51,629 bases of DNA, filler included, from Bipalium vagum (GCA_037834085.1; 3 parts of 3 records of this genome joined end to end with filler, not necessarily neighbours in it), one strand, 5' to 3'; positions 22,750-37,247 are shown, counted from the first letter of the whole stretch. The notes: generated by a model from the sequence alone, not told the origin. Made by a program: numbers and translations.

Positions 22750-23739
22750 GTTAGTAACACATGTCATAGTAAAGCATAATAAGATTGAAAGATTAAGATA
22801 CTAAAATAATAATAAAAATATTTATTATTATTTAAAATTAAAATCAAATTTAAGAAAAATATTTTTTTTAATTATTAAAGGTATGGAATATAATTTTCCT
22901 TAAATAAGCAAACAATGTGTTTATTTTTAAAGTGCTTATTTTATGTTATATTTTAAAAATATTCTTAATATTATATTTCAAGATAACAAATTTTATTTTA
23001 TCAATTATTAAATATAATTAATTATATAAGATTAAAATAATTTGTAAATTTTCGTTAATTTTATTTAATTAATTAAATCTTGTCAAAAAATAAGAAAAAA
23101 TTTAATTTTTTAAAATATTTTTTGAAAATCTTTAATAATAAAAATAACACAGTGATTTTTATTTCCTCTTTCATTTTCGTAATATTTATTAATATGTAAA
23201 AGTAAGGACGAAAAAAATGTAAATCATTGTTAAAATAATTTACATTTTTAATAATTGTTTTATTTGCAAAGATATAAATTCTTATATGATAAAAAGATGT
23301 TAAAGTATAGTTATATTATATTTTTTAAAACTCTAATTTATCAAATAAAATCTTGCACAATTGACCAATGAAAATTAACCAATTAAAAATTTAAAATCTC
23401 AAATGAGAAATAAAATATAATTTATTGAAATTTATTAAAATATATTAATTAATATAATTAATTAACTTTTTTTAATTACATAATTATTTAATTATTAACG
23501 TATAACCTATTTAACTTTTTTTTTAATTTTCAGAAAAAACAATTTTTCTGAAAATTATTTGATTTAACATTATTGATAATTTTAAGTACATTAACAAAAA
23601 TTTAATCGAGTTATAAAATTTAAAATTTATGATTTATTTATGATTAATTTTATTTTCTTCAATTTTTGAACTTCTTCGAGAATTAAGTAAAGTTTTAGTG
23701 TTGTTTCTATTTCTTCGAATTATTTTTTATCGTTTACTC

Positions 23740-24014
23740 CAGTGGCCTTCAACCTGGGCGATATCGCTCACTAGTGGGCATTTTGAAATATTTGGTGAGA
23801 TATATGAAGAAGTCCTTGGCATCGAAACATCAAGCACAGGGGTCTTATTAACTCTTTGAATTACAATACTAGTTGTAGATATTGTATTCTCTTTTGTCAA
23901 TAAACATTATTTTGATTTTAATAAGTTTTTGAAAGTTTAGATGGCGATAGATTTTTTTATAGATGGTAATGTAGCAAAATTGGTCGTTGGGGTAAAGAAT
24001 GTTGAAGGCCACTG
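23740..24014. mobile_element. Non-autonomous hAT (Charlie/Buster-like) MITE, 275 bp, in the Shal intron
   Basis: Perfect 14-bp TIRs CAGTGGCCTTCAAC. Flanking 8-mers GTTTACTC and GTTTACAT match 6/8, consistent with a decayed TSD. Confidence 0.88.
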
Positions 24015-24329
24015 GTTTACATAGTCACTAGCTTGAAAACTTCCAAGGGTTTTAGCGTACTAAACTAAGTTTGTATCTAATGATATATATCCTCAGACAA
24101 TCTCAATTAACGGTAAATTGTAAAGGATTTATATTGTAAACAATTCCAAAATAAATATTTCTTAATAAAAGTTTTTTCTTAATTGATTTTTGTATCGATT
24201 TAATTTTGCTTTGTAATATTTGAAATACCGGGATTCGAAAGTAAAAAAATTTATTTTAAAAAACAAGTTTTTTTCTTCCACGAACTTAATCGTATATACA
24301 TACATGTACGCCTATTGTCGCTTTCTATG

Positions 24330-24980
24330 ATCTACGTTTTGAATCAGGTCATCATCGCAGTCGTCAAAATCTTCATCAGCATTATCAGATAGGCATTGAT
24401 TCTGATTGTCATTGAGATTTTTATCTTTAATTTAGTGGAGGTTGTAGAATTTTCACTGATTTTTTTCCAACATCTATGTGAAAGTTCCATTGCTCAGCAC
24501 TCTATTTGATATTAGACGCCACACAGAATTTTTCAAGTCTTGTTATTTGGCATTTTTGAAATTATGGACTACTCAAGATTTCTTCATTTCGTTTTCACCA
24601 TAATCCAAGGCAGCCGACTGCAAACGTGTCGAAAAGAACTTTCCAATCTGACAGGGCTTTTTTAGTCTGGTCGAGAAGATCTTGATAATGAATGAGATTC
24701 TTTTCATGGTTCCAATAGATGCTTTTCTCTGTATAATAGGGACATTTGATGTCAATAAGATACAAGACTTTGCGGTCCGTGAACTCAATTTAAAGATCAA
24801 CACATTTTGTTGAATTGGAGCATTGACTTTCAGCGTTGACAAAGACTTTGGCCTTTGAATTTTCTTTAATTCTTTTGGCTAGATAGTCTTGGATCGAACT
24901 ATGCCGACAGTTTTGGAATATTTTGGATGGAATGCATGGGCTGCTTTGACCCCTGAGCTCCTCCGACTAGTTTTCAATTT
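24330..24980 (-). mobile_element. Possible hAT transposase C-terminal remnant
   Basis: Weak resemblance to the hAT dimerisation region (ALDY(W)..; S...SAEQ(R)). Confidence 0.3.
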
Positions 24981-26089
24981 ATTGCACAATATTATTATTT
25001 GATATTTTTGCTTTGAACGATCATTCGTAAATCCTTATGATCATAATAATATTTGTTAAGTTTCCATAAGTCAAAAGATCGATTTTCTTAATTCAATCTT
25101 TTTATTCCATATTCCTAATTTTTAGGAACTTATCAAGTTTATATTTAAATTATATATTATTTTTATATTTTACAGAATTAAATTTAAGTCATTAATCCTT
25201 TACCCCGAAATTGCAAAAAAATATAAACTATAGATGTATTTTGTTAACTTTTCAACTTTCAATTCCATATGATATTTTAAAAAAAGATTATATATTATCT
25301 ATTTTTTATATTATTAAATAATATGGAAAAAAGTGCATAAAGTATCAATTAGTTTAATATAATTATATTTGTATTCATTCAATTAAAATATTTTTTGAAC
25401 CCTACGATTGAAATATCAGAAGGCTTATTAATGTAATTTGATAAAATAATTGTTCTTTCCTTAAGTGGAAAATAATTATTTATATTACCTAAAATTTGCT
25501 CTTGGCCTAATTTTATAGGATTAAAATTATATTTATGTTGCCATGAAAACAATTTTTTAAAAAATTAGAAAATATTTATTACCTTTTTGAACTATTATAA
25601 GCCATAATTTATTTTTCGGAATATAAATTTATACAGAGTAAAATCTGTCAATATGAACACCGTTATCATTTGATCACTATTTCTGTACTTTGATTGGTTT
25701 TCAATTAAGTAAAATATGAAACGATGCTTGTTATGACGTTGACTACAAATAATTATTGACCATGAAAATTATAATTTTACCAGTAAAATGTTATGAATAA
25801 ATTTTTATTTTTCTTGATGACCATTATAAATTATTATGTAATTATTTTACTTGTTGATGTTTTATTGGAAGTACACAATGAATTGGGTAATATTTAACTT
25901 CATTTTTTAAAATGAATAATTTGAACCGTTAAAATCTAATTTAAATTAATTTTTAAAAATTCAATTTCTTTTTTATTTATTAGTTTAAACTTACTTGAAA
26001 TAACGATCCAAAACAAATCAATCGAGAATTAAAATTTCAAAAAAATTTTAAAAATCAATTGAAAAATTAATTAGCTTTCGTATTTTAAA

Positions 26090-26930
26090 CATTAAAGCTC
26101 TAAAAGTAGTAAACATTTTGAAAGACAGCATCCTTTGTGATTCATGTAATATTGAAATTTCCGAGATCAAAGTGAAGCAACAAATGGACGGATATGCATA
26201 GAGATGAATTCCATGCAAGGGAGTAAATAGCATAAAGTATAATTTTAAAAACCTTTATAATTTTTAAATCTTTTTTGGTATGAAAGTATTTTATATTAAG
26301 TTCGGATCACACTTGGTTCATTTCTAACATTATTACTGGCTTTTTCTTAGGATAAATTGATAAAATACGTAGTGGAAGATTTCAAAATATCTAAATCAAG
26401 GGTAGAAAAATGGTTTCTAAAAATTCAGGACAAAATTGGTAGACCTTGGATTGTCTTTCAAATTTATGAAACAGTTCTTAAGAGTAGAAAATATGATGTT
26501 TGAAGAGTTTTACAAAAAAGATGGATATTTGATAAAAAAAAACTTTTTCTAATTTTTATATTTTTAGCAATTTAGATTCTCTGAACAGTATGAAATATTG
26601 TTATTTTAGAGGCAATTAAAAATGGAACTGGGGTGAATTTAGAATAATGACATTCACACAGGTCCATATTTAGACAGAAAAAGAATTTAAACCTAATTCC
26701 GTAAACCATTTTAAGAACTATGTTGATCCAGGAACCGGAGTTCATACAAATATCATAGAGAATTTATGGATGCTCTTAAACTGAAAACTTTAAGAAGAAA
26801 CTGATAAAAATGATAACTTCTTTAGACGACTATATAGACGCGTTTGTATTTAGAAGACGATATAGGGAAGAATCCCATGAAGAGTTTATGAAACTTACTA
26901 GGTTTTCCAAAAAGTTCACAGCCTAATAAA
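26090..26930 (+). mobile_element. Merlin transposase remnant
   Basis: N-terminal CDSC..MDGYA(W)R..C zinc ribbon and SVNHFKNYVDPGTGVHTNIIENLW. Confidence 0.85.
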
Positions 26931-28289
26931 AAAAACAATGTCAGCAAACAGAGGCATTTATTTTTTCGAATTTCTTTTCTTATTAAGAGTTATATAAATG
27001 TAAAAGTTATCCAGATATTTTATTTATTTTTTATTTATTTCTTACTATATTTTATAGAAAGAAAGAAAAATGTAAAGGATAATTGTCTGTTTAATTTTGA
27101 ATAGTTATAAAAACAATTTTTTAATAAACGTACTTTGGAAATATATCGATATTGATTAAGAGATTAAAGCCGCTTGGGATGAAGGAAGTTATTAATATTT
27201 TCAACACTTTTCATAATTGATGTAATCAATCTGACTTTCAGGCGCAATGGTATCACTGAAAGAACTCAATGTTCCCTTCCATTTAGATCGTAATTATAAA
27301 CACTGAGCTTATTCAAATAATGGAGAAGAATTGACAGATGATTATTAATTGTTTTTCGAAATATTAATTGTTCTCAAATTAATTATTAACCAGAAGAAAT
27401 TGTGAATTAAAAATTTTTATTAGCAATCGTAAATTAATGTCACAAAAATATTCTGTACGACAAGAATATTTTTCAAATTATTATTTTTTAATCAAAAAGG
27501 AATAATGCTTCACCATAATTGTCAGTTACTATTACAATACCTTGTGATATAATTATATGGCCACAAATATATAATTATTATTATTATTTAGTTTTATTCC
27601 ATGAAAATAATTTAATTTCATTATTTTAAAATATAATAAAATATCGTCTTTATTCATAAAATTTTATTTATTATTTTTTAAATAATCTTAAAATATTTTA
27701 ATTTAATTAATTTGCAATTAATTATATATTATTTAAATTTTATTATTTTTTTAAAATTTAATAAAATTTCTAATTAATTATTTATTAAACCTATTTTAAA
27801 TAAGTGTCAGTGAATGAAGATCTCCATGCTCGTTGTAAAAAAAGATTTATTAAATATTGTTTATTTTACAATATAATGATTTATTTATTCTCCTCAGCAT
27901 TTATTGGATATTTAAGAAACATCAAAGAAAATTAAAAAATATGAATCAATCTCAGGAAATAATAAAAATAAAAATGCAAACAAATTTTTAATGAATCTAA
28001 AACTAAAAAATTATCTTGAAAAAAATATAATTTATTATTTCACGTCATTCTATTGATTCTTTGATTTCTGTCGTAAGTTTCTCACAGAACTAACGTGCGA
28101 ATTAGTAATTTTTTTATCGATGATTTCCGGAATAAAATTGCTCCTGATCAAAGGTCTTGCATCCCAAAGACCACTAAGCATCACGCATTGTCGATGAGAT
28201 TCTTTTTAACGAACCATTTTGGTGAATTGTCTTTTGATAAATCCAATCTTATGATTTATTATTTTTATTTGGAACATAAAAGCTAAAAA

Positions 28290-28690
28290 AAGAATGTCAT
28301 TCCTGGTTTTAATATTCTTCAAAAATGTTTATCCCAGAACAATGAATATTGCCAAATATTTTTGAAGCGATTGCATTCACTTTTTTCACATATCTATAAA
28401 AAACGGGGAAATAATATACTGTATAATTTTCTGATTCCATTTTTCTTCTTTCTTCACGTGTAAAACTTAACTCTACGTGTTGAGTTTCCCTGGGTAATCC
28501 GTTTGTCTTTTTCAATAATAATCTTTCGATTTTCTCCTCGCCAATTTTGAACGGCCTTTTGCTTCTTTCTTCATTAAATACATTATTCTTAGCAAAAAAA
28601 CTGTGTGATCTAATTATAAATAGTAATCTTGCATGGAGCTTCATTTTCATAATCTTCGTGAAGTCGACAAAAAATGTCATTCTTTTTTGT
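28290..28690 (-). mobile_element. hAT (SPIN/Charlie, GTF2IRD2-like) transposase C-terminal remnant
   Basis: LPRETQHVEL..IASKIFGNIHCS resembles P.ELQMELI..A..SMFGSTY.CEQ. Confidence 0.5.
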
Positions 28691-30215
28691 CTTCTTCAGT
28701 AGCAAAAAAAGTGTGTAACACTTCGATACTCAACTTACTGGTAAATTTTTAAAGAAAGCGTCATAAATAATGTTTATTATAATTTAAAGATTAAAATAAT
28801 ATTTGGTATATATTTCAGGAACTTTTTAATTTTATTTCTGTTTGAGTTTAGAGAAATTTTCAATAATTAAATAGAAACTGGTCATTGAACGGGATTGATA
28901 CAGTTTTGATAAATAACATCTTACCTTTATCTTGCTTCTTTTCATTTAAAATGTTAGTAGAAAATGACAGAACTTATGACACGACCCAAAAAATATAACG
29001 CTATAAATAAAGAGACTAACGTCACTCCTTAATTTTTCCTAAAAATAGCTTCTTTATAGCCCAAAATTATTATTGTATCTAAACTTAGTCAATAAATTTA
29101 CATTCTAGGAAATTTTTACTATGTAAAAATTAAAAATTTCTGCAAATGTGCTCTGTTGTTTGAGAAGTTGTCAAAATTAGAAGTTGGCAATAAAACAATG
29201 GCGTTTTTAAGAAAATCGAATCGAATTGAACTGATAATTATTCAAAGACGTTTATTCTCTCTGAATCAATTGAATTAATTTTAAATTGTTAAAGATTTAA
29301 TATAGCCAAAACCACCTTTTAAAAACGTGCCGGACTAATTGGTTCACATAATACTATTCGTTCATAGCTGTGTGTTATAAATTAGATATCTTTAAATAAC
29401 ATTAAATAAAATTTAAAAATTAAATGGTTTCTTATTTGTTCATAATTATAAATATGTGTAATCTTTGAACATTTTTTTTTAAAAAGTGGTTCTGTTTTTT
29501 CCAAAAATATTTGTGTCATTTTTATTTTGCTTTTTAAATAATTTATTGCATTACTAGTTACTTTAAGTCTGAATAAGAGTGATGTTTAGTAATACGTTTT
29601 TCCAAATGTAAAAATTATTATTAGTTTAATTAAAAATCAATTATTTTTCTAATTTTTAACTAAGTCTTTCCTTATCAAAGTCATTATTTTGTTTTAATCA
29701 ACCGACATATACTCACTAATTATTCTAATTTATGAAATGCGCTAAGGGTACACTGACATGTATACCATATTACTTTCATTAATATACCTAATTAGTGTCT
29801 AGAAAAAGTAATAAATAAAAATAATGTCTGTTTTTCTTAATTTAATGATATATGAAATTATGTGAAATCATTAAGTAAAATAACTTGGATTATACCAAAT
29901 TGGAAAATGGGAAATCAAAACAGAGTGAAATGAACAAGTGAAAAGACACCTTTATTAAGTCATATTTTTTTTCAATAATAAAAGAAATTCAATCTTTTGA
30001 AGCATATTTTTTAGAAACAATCCATTATATATACTTTAAAGCTTTCATAACCACCATCACAATTTTAAGAAGACTAATGACAGTCAATAAGCGTTCCACA
30101 GACCCCATTAAAGTTAAACCACTAAACTATTTCTCAGAACAATAATAAAAATAATACACTGCTTGTTATTATTATTAATACGAAATTCATAATATATTAA
30201 CATACGAATAATGTA

Positions 30216-31030
30216 CGAGGGGCAGTCGAAAAGTTTCGAGAACGAAGAATATGGAAAGGTTTACTAAAAAAAATAAAAAATAATCATAAAATACGTTATT
30301 TTAATTCTATATTACTTTTATCTAATAATAAAAATTGCATTTCTTTAAATAAATATTTACATCTAAATATGGCATACAAAGCGGATAATATGAATTTATC
30401 AGTTGAAAACTTTTGAGCAATGATTTTATATGATTTCCGATGGGGATTGAGATCGTCTATATTTGACATTTTCTGATGATGCTCCATCGAAAACTACAGT
30501 GTACCGATAGTTCATGAATTTAAGTGTAAACACGGGTCTTTGGGTGATGATTTCAGAGAAAGTCGTCCAAAAACAAATGTATACAAAAATATTAAAATTG
30601 TTCGAAAATTAATTGAAGAAGATCATAGGACAATATATAATGAAATTCAGACATCCTTAAACATATCTTGGACTTCAATTCATTCTAATCTATCTATATA
30701 TTAACTGTCGCACAGTTACTTCGAATTTGTATGCGACAGTTTTCTTCCCTGAAGTCCTCAAAGAATGAAAAAACAATTCGAAACGTTCTATTATGTTTCA
30801 TCACTTCCCATACATCCCATAAAACAATCGCTTTTTTGAAGAATCAAAACGTTGAATTATTAAGCTATCCATCTCATAGTTCTAATTTGGCACAAAATAA
30901 CTTTTGTTCCATAAAAATTATTGCGAGGTCAGAAATTTTCATGTCCCGAACTGGGTGTAGATGCATTCAAATCACATGTTTTTAACATACCTACTTCAGA
31001 TTGGAATAAATGACTGATTTGTCAGAATGG
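30216..31030 (+). mobile_element. Internally deleted mariner element
   Basis: Terminus TA|CGAGGGGCAGTCGAAAAGTT. AMILYDFR..DDFRESRPKT..VRKLIEEDHR, then SHTSHKTIAFL..LLSYPSHSSNLAQNNF. Confidence 0.85.
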
Positions 31031-34000
31031 AAAAGTAACAGAATATATAAGAATATATACAGAATTTCTAAGTTAGTAATATATGTAATGGAATTCTTAA
31101 TGAGAATATCAGATCTAAATATCTTTTAACTAAGACAAAATATTTTTGTATTTATAAAAGGTATAGAGGTAAGTTTACTAAGGATTTTCCATCTATAAAT
31201 TTCAAAAGAAAAAAAATTAACGACGAATTTCAACATTCATTTCACATAATTACTTTCTTATACAGATAGGTATTCTTTCGTCTCTTTCATTTTCTGAATA
31301 TTATTTTCAGAATTATCAGATTTATAATGCCTTTGACTATTGTGAGTCTTTTATTTGTTAAGGCATTAATTATCTTTTCTAATTAATATTCTTTTTAATG
31401 AAACTACAGCTTGTCACAAATCCAGAGAAAAACATCATTAATATATATTAATCTTATTTATTTATTTATTTTATATATAAAAATAAATAAAGAATATTTT
31501 ATTTTTAACAATTTTTGACATTGACTTAATTAAAATTTAAACAAAATTAATTTTATATAAAATCTGAGTGATATTACATAAAATTATTACATAATTTCTT
31601 GTTTTAAACATTCTTGTAATTTATCTTTATACTGTTTTCTAAAATAATGAAGTTATTATTTTTATATATAAATGAAAATTATTATTATTTTTATATGATA
31701 CGTATTCAGAAATCGAGTCTTTTAAGAATAGGCATATTCAATAGATTAATAAACATTCTGATGGAAAATATTCTTTTTAAATAAGCACCATAAAGAAAAA
31801 TAATGCTGTTCAGGTCAATTTGTAAGCGGTTCTATTTGCTCCGATCTCATATTTTCGTTAGGAAGATTTTAACTTTATTTATATAGTAGTATCTTTATTC
31901 TTCTATATTTCTGGAAATCCTAAATATGGATTGGATAAGGTAAAAGGGTTATGAGATGTGTATTATGGTTTTCTTAATGACTTAGTTTTATAGGCTTTAG
32001 GGAGACAGGTTTATCATGTACAATGGTGATGTTCTCTATTGATTGATAGGTTTGCAATATTTGTATTTTTGGTCTAGATCATTCCGTGCCGAAATCGACG
32101 GAAGAATGTCAATATTCCGTTGTTAGTAATATTTTTCTATAATACAACACTGATATTAAACATAAATTTCATCAAACTTAAGACGCATAGTTTTCTGATT
32201 TTATGTACACTAAGCAAAACCTAGGTGCCAGTTATAATAGGATGACAGCCCTATGTGCTCGATTTGTTTGCTTGCAACTATCACATGTTTAGTATTTATA
32301 AAGGAACACTACTTTAATTTGAATGTCTTTCATCTCGTTTTTAAATGACTAAAAATGTTAAATAATTTTTCTTTATTAAAATTTTTTGATCACCCATCTT
32401 TTTAAAAGATATCGCTTAAAGATATAGGCAAATTCCGTTTGACAATTAATAATGCAAAACTGAAGTTATAAAAACCGCCATTAATTACTTTACAACCTAA
32501 TATCAGTAAAAATAATATGAAAAAAAGTAAATTATTCTTGAAGAGCTGTTTAGAGCCATTATATCCATGATAACAAATACGTAAATCGTTAGGATAACAG
32601 TAACATTTCCAGAGATTAAAATATTATTTTTCCAAGTTTAATTTTTATATCCAGCTAAACAAATTTACATTTTGTTTATTTTTATTGATTATTTATATAA
32701 AACTATTATTTATTTTATAAACCTAAAAAAGTACCAACAATGTATAATTATTTCTATTCGTTTCCTTCACTATCATTATTTAATCTTATATATCGCTTTT
32801 CCTTTATATAAAGTAATGACTATGACAACCAAATACATTTTTTGCACTATTTGGATTATTTGGAAATATAAATGCAATTTTATTTAAATAATAAATATTT
32901 ATATATTTTAAATAATCGCACGTAATTATTATTTATTATAATTAATTATTAAGTAGTTTAAAAATATTTTTAGATATATTAAATACAATTTTGAAAATTA
33001 AACAAAATTGCGGTCAAAAGCATTTAGTCACATAAAAGAGTGAATGTTACCTTAGCGGTACGGTTGAATAAAGTTTTGTAATCCATATCTAATTTTTAAT
33101 TAAAAATTATCTAAATAAACTTTGAAAATATTTCAATATTTTTACAAAGTAATTGCATTTTTTTTCTTTAGAAATTTTGCACTTTAAGAAAATTTTTACA
33201 TTTTTTGGTTGCTCTTGTAATGACAATCAAAATCATTTCATCATTTCATTCCATTTCTCCTTTAATTCTTACATTATTATGAACATATATATTTTTACCT
33301 TCTTCATCTACAGCTCCCTGAATCCATTACAATTCGCTTTTAAAAGTGAAAATATATAATATTTCCTACTAATGACTTAAACGTTAAACTTTATTGCAAG
33401 CTAAATTGATTAATGTTAATAAATGAAAAATCGCATCAGAAATATCCAATGACTCTAACTCACCTAGGAATAATAAACATAAAAAAGCTCAACGAAAACA
33501 ACAATTAAAATAATTAAATAAATTTTGAAAAATTTGATCAAATGAAAACTGAATAATTTGTATTTGAAAAATGCTTTTCGTCTATAAATTATTATTAATT
33601 AAATTAAATGAGAAATCATTTCTTTTTACCTGTGGATCGCTTGTTCTCACATTGGAGAAAATATTCCTCAATTATATTCATTATGTTTACCTTAATGCAT
33701 TTCAATCAAACAATAATTAAATTTATGCCTTCATAAATCGACAATTCCCCATTAACAGTAATTCAATAATTATTTCTTTAGACGACATTTATTGAAAAAT
33801 TCCGCTAACTTTGTTTTGTTTTCCCTTTCGTTCATTTGGAAATTTGCTTGGGTATATATTTGATAATTTTTTATGGTTCGATGAACTTTCCTTTTACAAT
33901 GTAACTCAATGTTTGTTTAAATATATTCATTTAAAGAGAAATAATATTTATCTAATTGCAATGTGCATTTCATATGTGAATTCGCTGTTTATTATTGATT

Positions 34001-35709
34001 TAGACTTTCATTTATAATTTAAATAATATTATGATAATTACATTATGAGCAGTGAATTTATTTTATGTGTGTAAGTATAATTGTTTTATTTAATAATTTT
34101 TTAAATTAACAAAAAAAATCAATTTTTGACACACAAAAAAATCAATAGAAAAAATAATTCATAGGATCCCTTTTTTATATGAAAATTATATTTATATTTA
34201 TTAAAAATCATGTTATTTTTGTTACATCAACCAGAAAAAAATGTATTTTCTAATTGGAAGAAATATTATTTCGTCATTGTGAGATTTAAATGTTTCTCTT
34301 CTAAATTTTAGAATTTATTTATTTTATATATATTATATTTATTTCCAAGCAATCTATTTCATAATGTGATCACAAGTTATAAAGGATAACACTAATTATA
34401 CCGAAAATAAAAAAAAGAATAAAGAAAAGAAAATGAAAATATTATTTTTCTCCAAGTTTACACTGGTTTTTTTAATGGTGCAAATTTGATTGGTTTTGTT
34501 TAATCTTACATTTTATCTTTTTGGTATTCAACTCAGTTCGATTTAACCTTTCTAAGTATCATTTCCCATTGTAACCTGATATCCCACTTCTCAACATTCA
34601 CTGTAAGTCGGGATATTTTATATTCTTATTTTAGACTTTTATCAATTAGTCCCACATTTTCAATTATATTTTCCATATTATTGATATGTTTTTAAACTTT
34701 TTGATAGAAATTGTTTTTTATTGGATTTTTTATAATTTCACTTTATTTAGAATATTTGAAGTTTATTTTAAATGATTTTTATTTTAAAATCTATTTCTAG
34801 GTTATCTCAAATTTTTCTGGTGTTTAATGTTAATTTGTTAAATTTTCGAATTAATTTATATAATTAAATTTAAAATGAACTAAAACTAATGAAATCTTTA
34901 ACTAACCGAGATTATAACGTCAATTTTAGTCATTAGTTCATCATCTTAAATCCTTCACAACAATTACTGAAACAAGAATTTATCATTCGTTACAATTCGA
35001 CTAAATAGAACAGAACTTCCTGAAATAAGAAGAGAAAAGAAGTCTCCTAATGATACTATTATATGTTGAAAACCTCAAATAGTACAAGTACAATTCTCTT
35101 ATAATTCTGAGAACTCTGCATCCTGATATCATAGTTTCTGGTGAACGTAAGTCTCAGAGAAATAATGACGCACTCCGTATTTGCAGTTAGTTAAACTTTT
35201 CCGTAGTTCTAATGTTAAAAACTATATATTAATAATTTCTAATTTCCCAATGTTTTCCTTTATAATACTTCTCTTTATTTTATTATATATTTTTATAATA
35301 TATTTTATTTTTCTTTACTTTTTATCTTCCGTTTTTATTTTAATATTATTACGTACGAGTATTGTATATTTTTTACTAGATGACCGTAGCGTAGTTACTT
35401 AGAACTTGTTTACTATAAAGAGTGGTTCGAACAGTTAATTTGCTTGAATATTTTTAAATAAGGACCTCACACCTAAATTAACAATTGTTAAATGTTTCTA
35501 ATTTAAAGTTTTTAAAAATTATTAAGTTGCAGTTTTTTAAATAACGGGTGATGCATTAAAAAGTGCACAGAGTTTAAAGTACTTAAAAACATAAAGTTAA
35601 AAAGCTTATTCCAAATATTTTTATTTTAACACAAATACATGAAACCATAATTACAATTCAATATTCACAACACTGAAAATGGTCCGTGCTTGGCAACACA
35701 TTTCAGTTT

Positions 35710-35809
35710 NNNNNNNNNNNNNNNNNNNNNNNNNNNNNNNNNNNNNNNNNNNNTTAATTAATTAANNNNNNNNNNNNNNNNNNNNNNNNNNNNNNNNNNN
35801 NNNNNNNNN
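35710..35809. other. Artificial scaffolding linker / assembly gap
   Basis: Same 44 N + TTAATTAATTAA + 44 N structure as at 16370. Confidence 0.97.
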
Positions 35810-35843
35810 AGTAAAGGTTTCTTTAAACTGGTAGACACAAATG

Positions 35844-35846
<3 letters not shown>

Positions 35847-35882
<36 letters not shown>
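35847..35882. repeat. (AT)n microsatellite
   Basis: Directly visible. Confidence 0.95.
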
Positions 35883-35886
<4 letters not shown>

Positions 35887-37247
35887 GTTTATTCAATAGC
35901 CATTAATTACAGAAAAATACATAAAACATTTCATACTACTGAAATTCCACTTTGTTCATTGGTATAAGTACAAATTGTATTAAAAATGAATAAAAATTTA
36001 TTTCTGAAATGTTATGAAATATTTCATTATCAAACCCGATATTACATTCGTTTAAACTGAATAATAAAATATGGATTCAGAATATTGATTTCTACGAATC
36101 AAGTAAAAATTGTCAATGTCTATCAAAAATGACAAAATTTTCAAGAAGTATGTGCTAAAAATGTGAATTTCGTTCAATTTCTTATTCTAAATATTGATAT
36201 TTTTATTTATTTTTAATTTTATTATTTAATTAAAAGATCATATTTAGTGGAAATTAATTATTTTAAATAAACTGAATATCAATAAAAATTAACCAAACAT
36301 TTTGAAAATGAAATTAATTTTTTAATTCTTAATATACAAAATTTATTTTAATTTATTACCACTATTTTTTCGAAATTTCTAATTGGTAAAAAAATGAGGT
36401 TATTAAATTTATTTCAAGAATTAATTTTCTTGAAAATATTTCTTTTCCAGTATTTTTTTATTTCAATAAAACCTCTTTTATTTCAGATAGAAATTAATAA
36501 TAAAAGCTAAATAATTTATTTTTTCATAAATTGTTGGATTTTTTTAATTTTAATAATTTCTGTTATGATAAGTGATCAATAAATGAATTTTATTTTATCC
36601 ATGTCAAATAAAAATCAGTTTCATTTAATTTAACAAAAATTATTTATTTATAAATTGATATAATTTTTTCATTATCTTTCAATTTCCTGGAAATTATGAA
36701 GACATTTATCAGTTATCGAATTATTGTAGAAATCATTAATAAATATATTTAATTAATTTTTATCAATTTAATAATAGATATATTTATAAAATAACATAAA
36801 TAATATATATTGCAGAAATTAATCTATTTAGAATTATTTTTGAAATTTTATTTATCTTTTAAATTTATTATATAAAACGAATAGAAATGAAAATCTTTGG
36901 TAAAATGAAAATATAATCTTATTTAAATTATTATTTTAAGAATTAATACAATAAGGCCACTGATACTGTAATAATTCTTTCACTTTTGATTTTCACTTAC
37001 AAAGGGTTTTCGTAGTTTATTAATTTAATGAAAAACGATTTTAATAATTTTTTTTCTCTCCAGATTCATCAGTACATGGATCATCTTTATCTTCCTTTTA
37101 CTACCTTTTAGAAAATTTTGTGAAAATTTAATTCCTGGTCTTCGTTTGTTTGGTGTGAAAACACATATTAAACAATTCTTTTTACATTGTCGTTTTATTT
37201 AATTAAGAAAAATAGCTTATTTATTATTTTTCTAATAGATTCACGTA

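Noticed and set aside
22750-22804. C-terminal [17 protein letters not shown] of the 386-aa ORF as the real Kv4 sequence
   Set aside because: It begins exactly at the conserved GT donor after TTLG, so it is intronic read-through.
24225-24239. 15-nt reverse-complement match (TTCGAATCCCGGTAT) to the TRIM LTR
   Set aside because: Does not extend on either side. ATACCGGGATT-type motifs are common hAT subterminal repeats and this lies near a hAT-like remnant.
31050-35700. Numerous 60-75 aa hydrophobic ORFs in the track (also elsewhere in the window)
   Set aside because: F/I/L/Y/K/N-biased chance ORFs of roughly 80% AT DNA, many opened at TTG/GTG starts that are not valid for an animal nuclear genome.
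35670-35709. GTGCTTGGCAACACAT resembling the U6 5' end or a hammerhead
   Set aside because: Too short and too degenerate, and cut by the gap.
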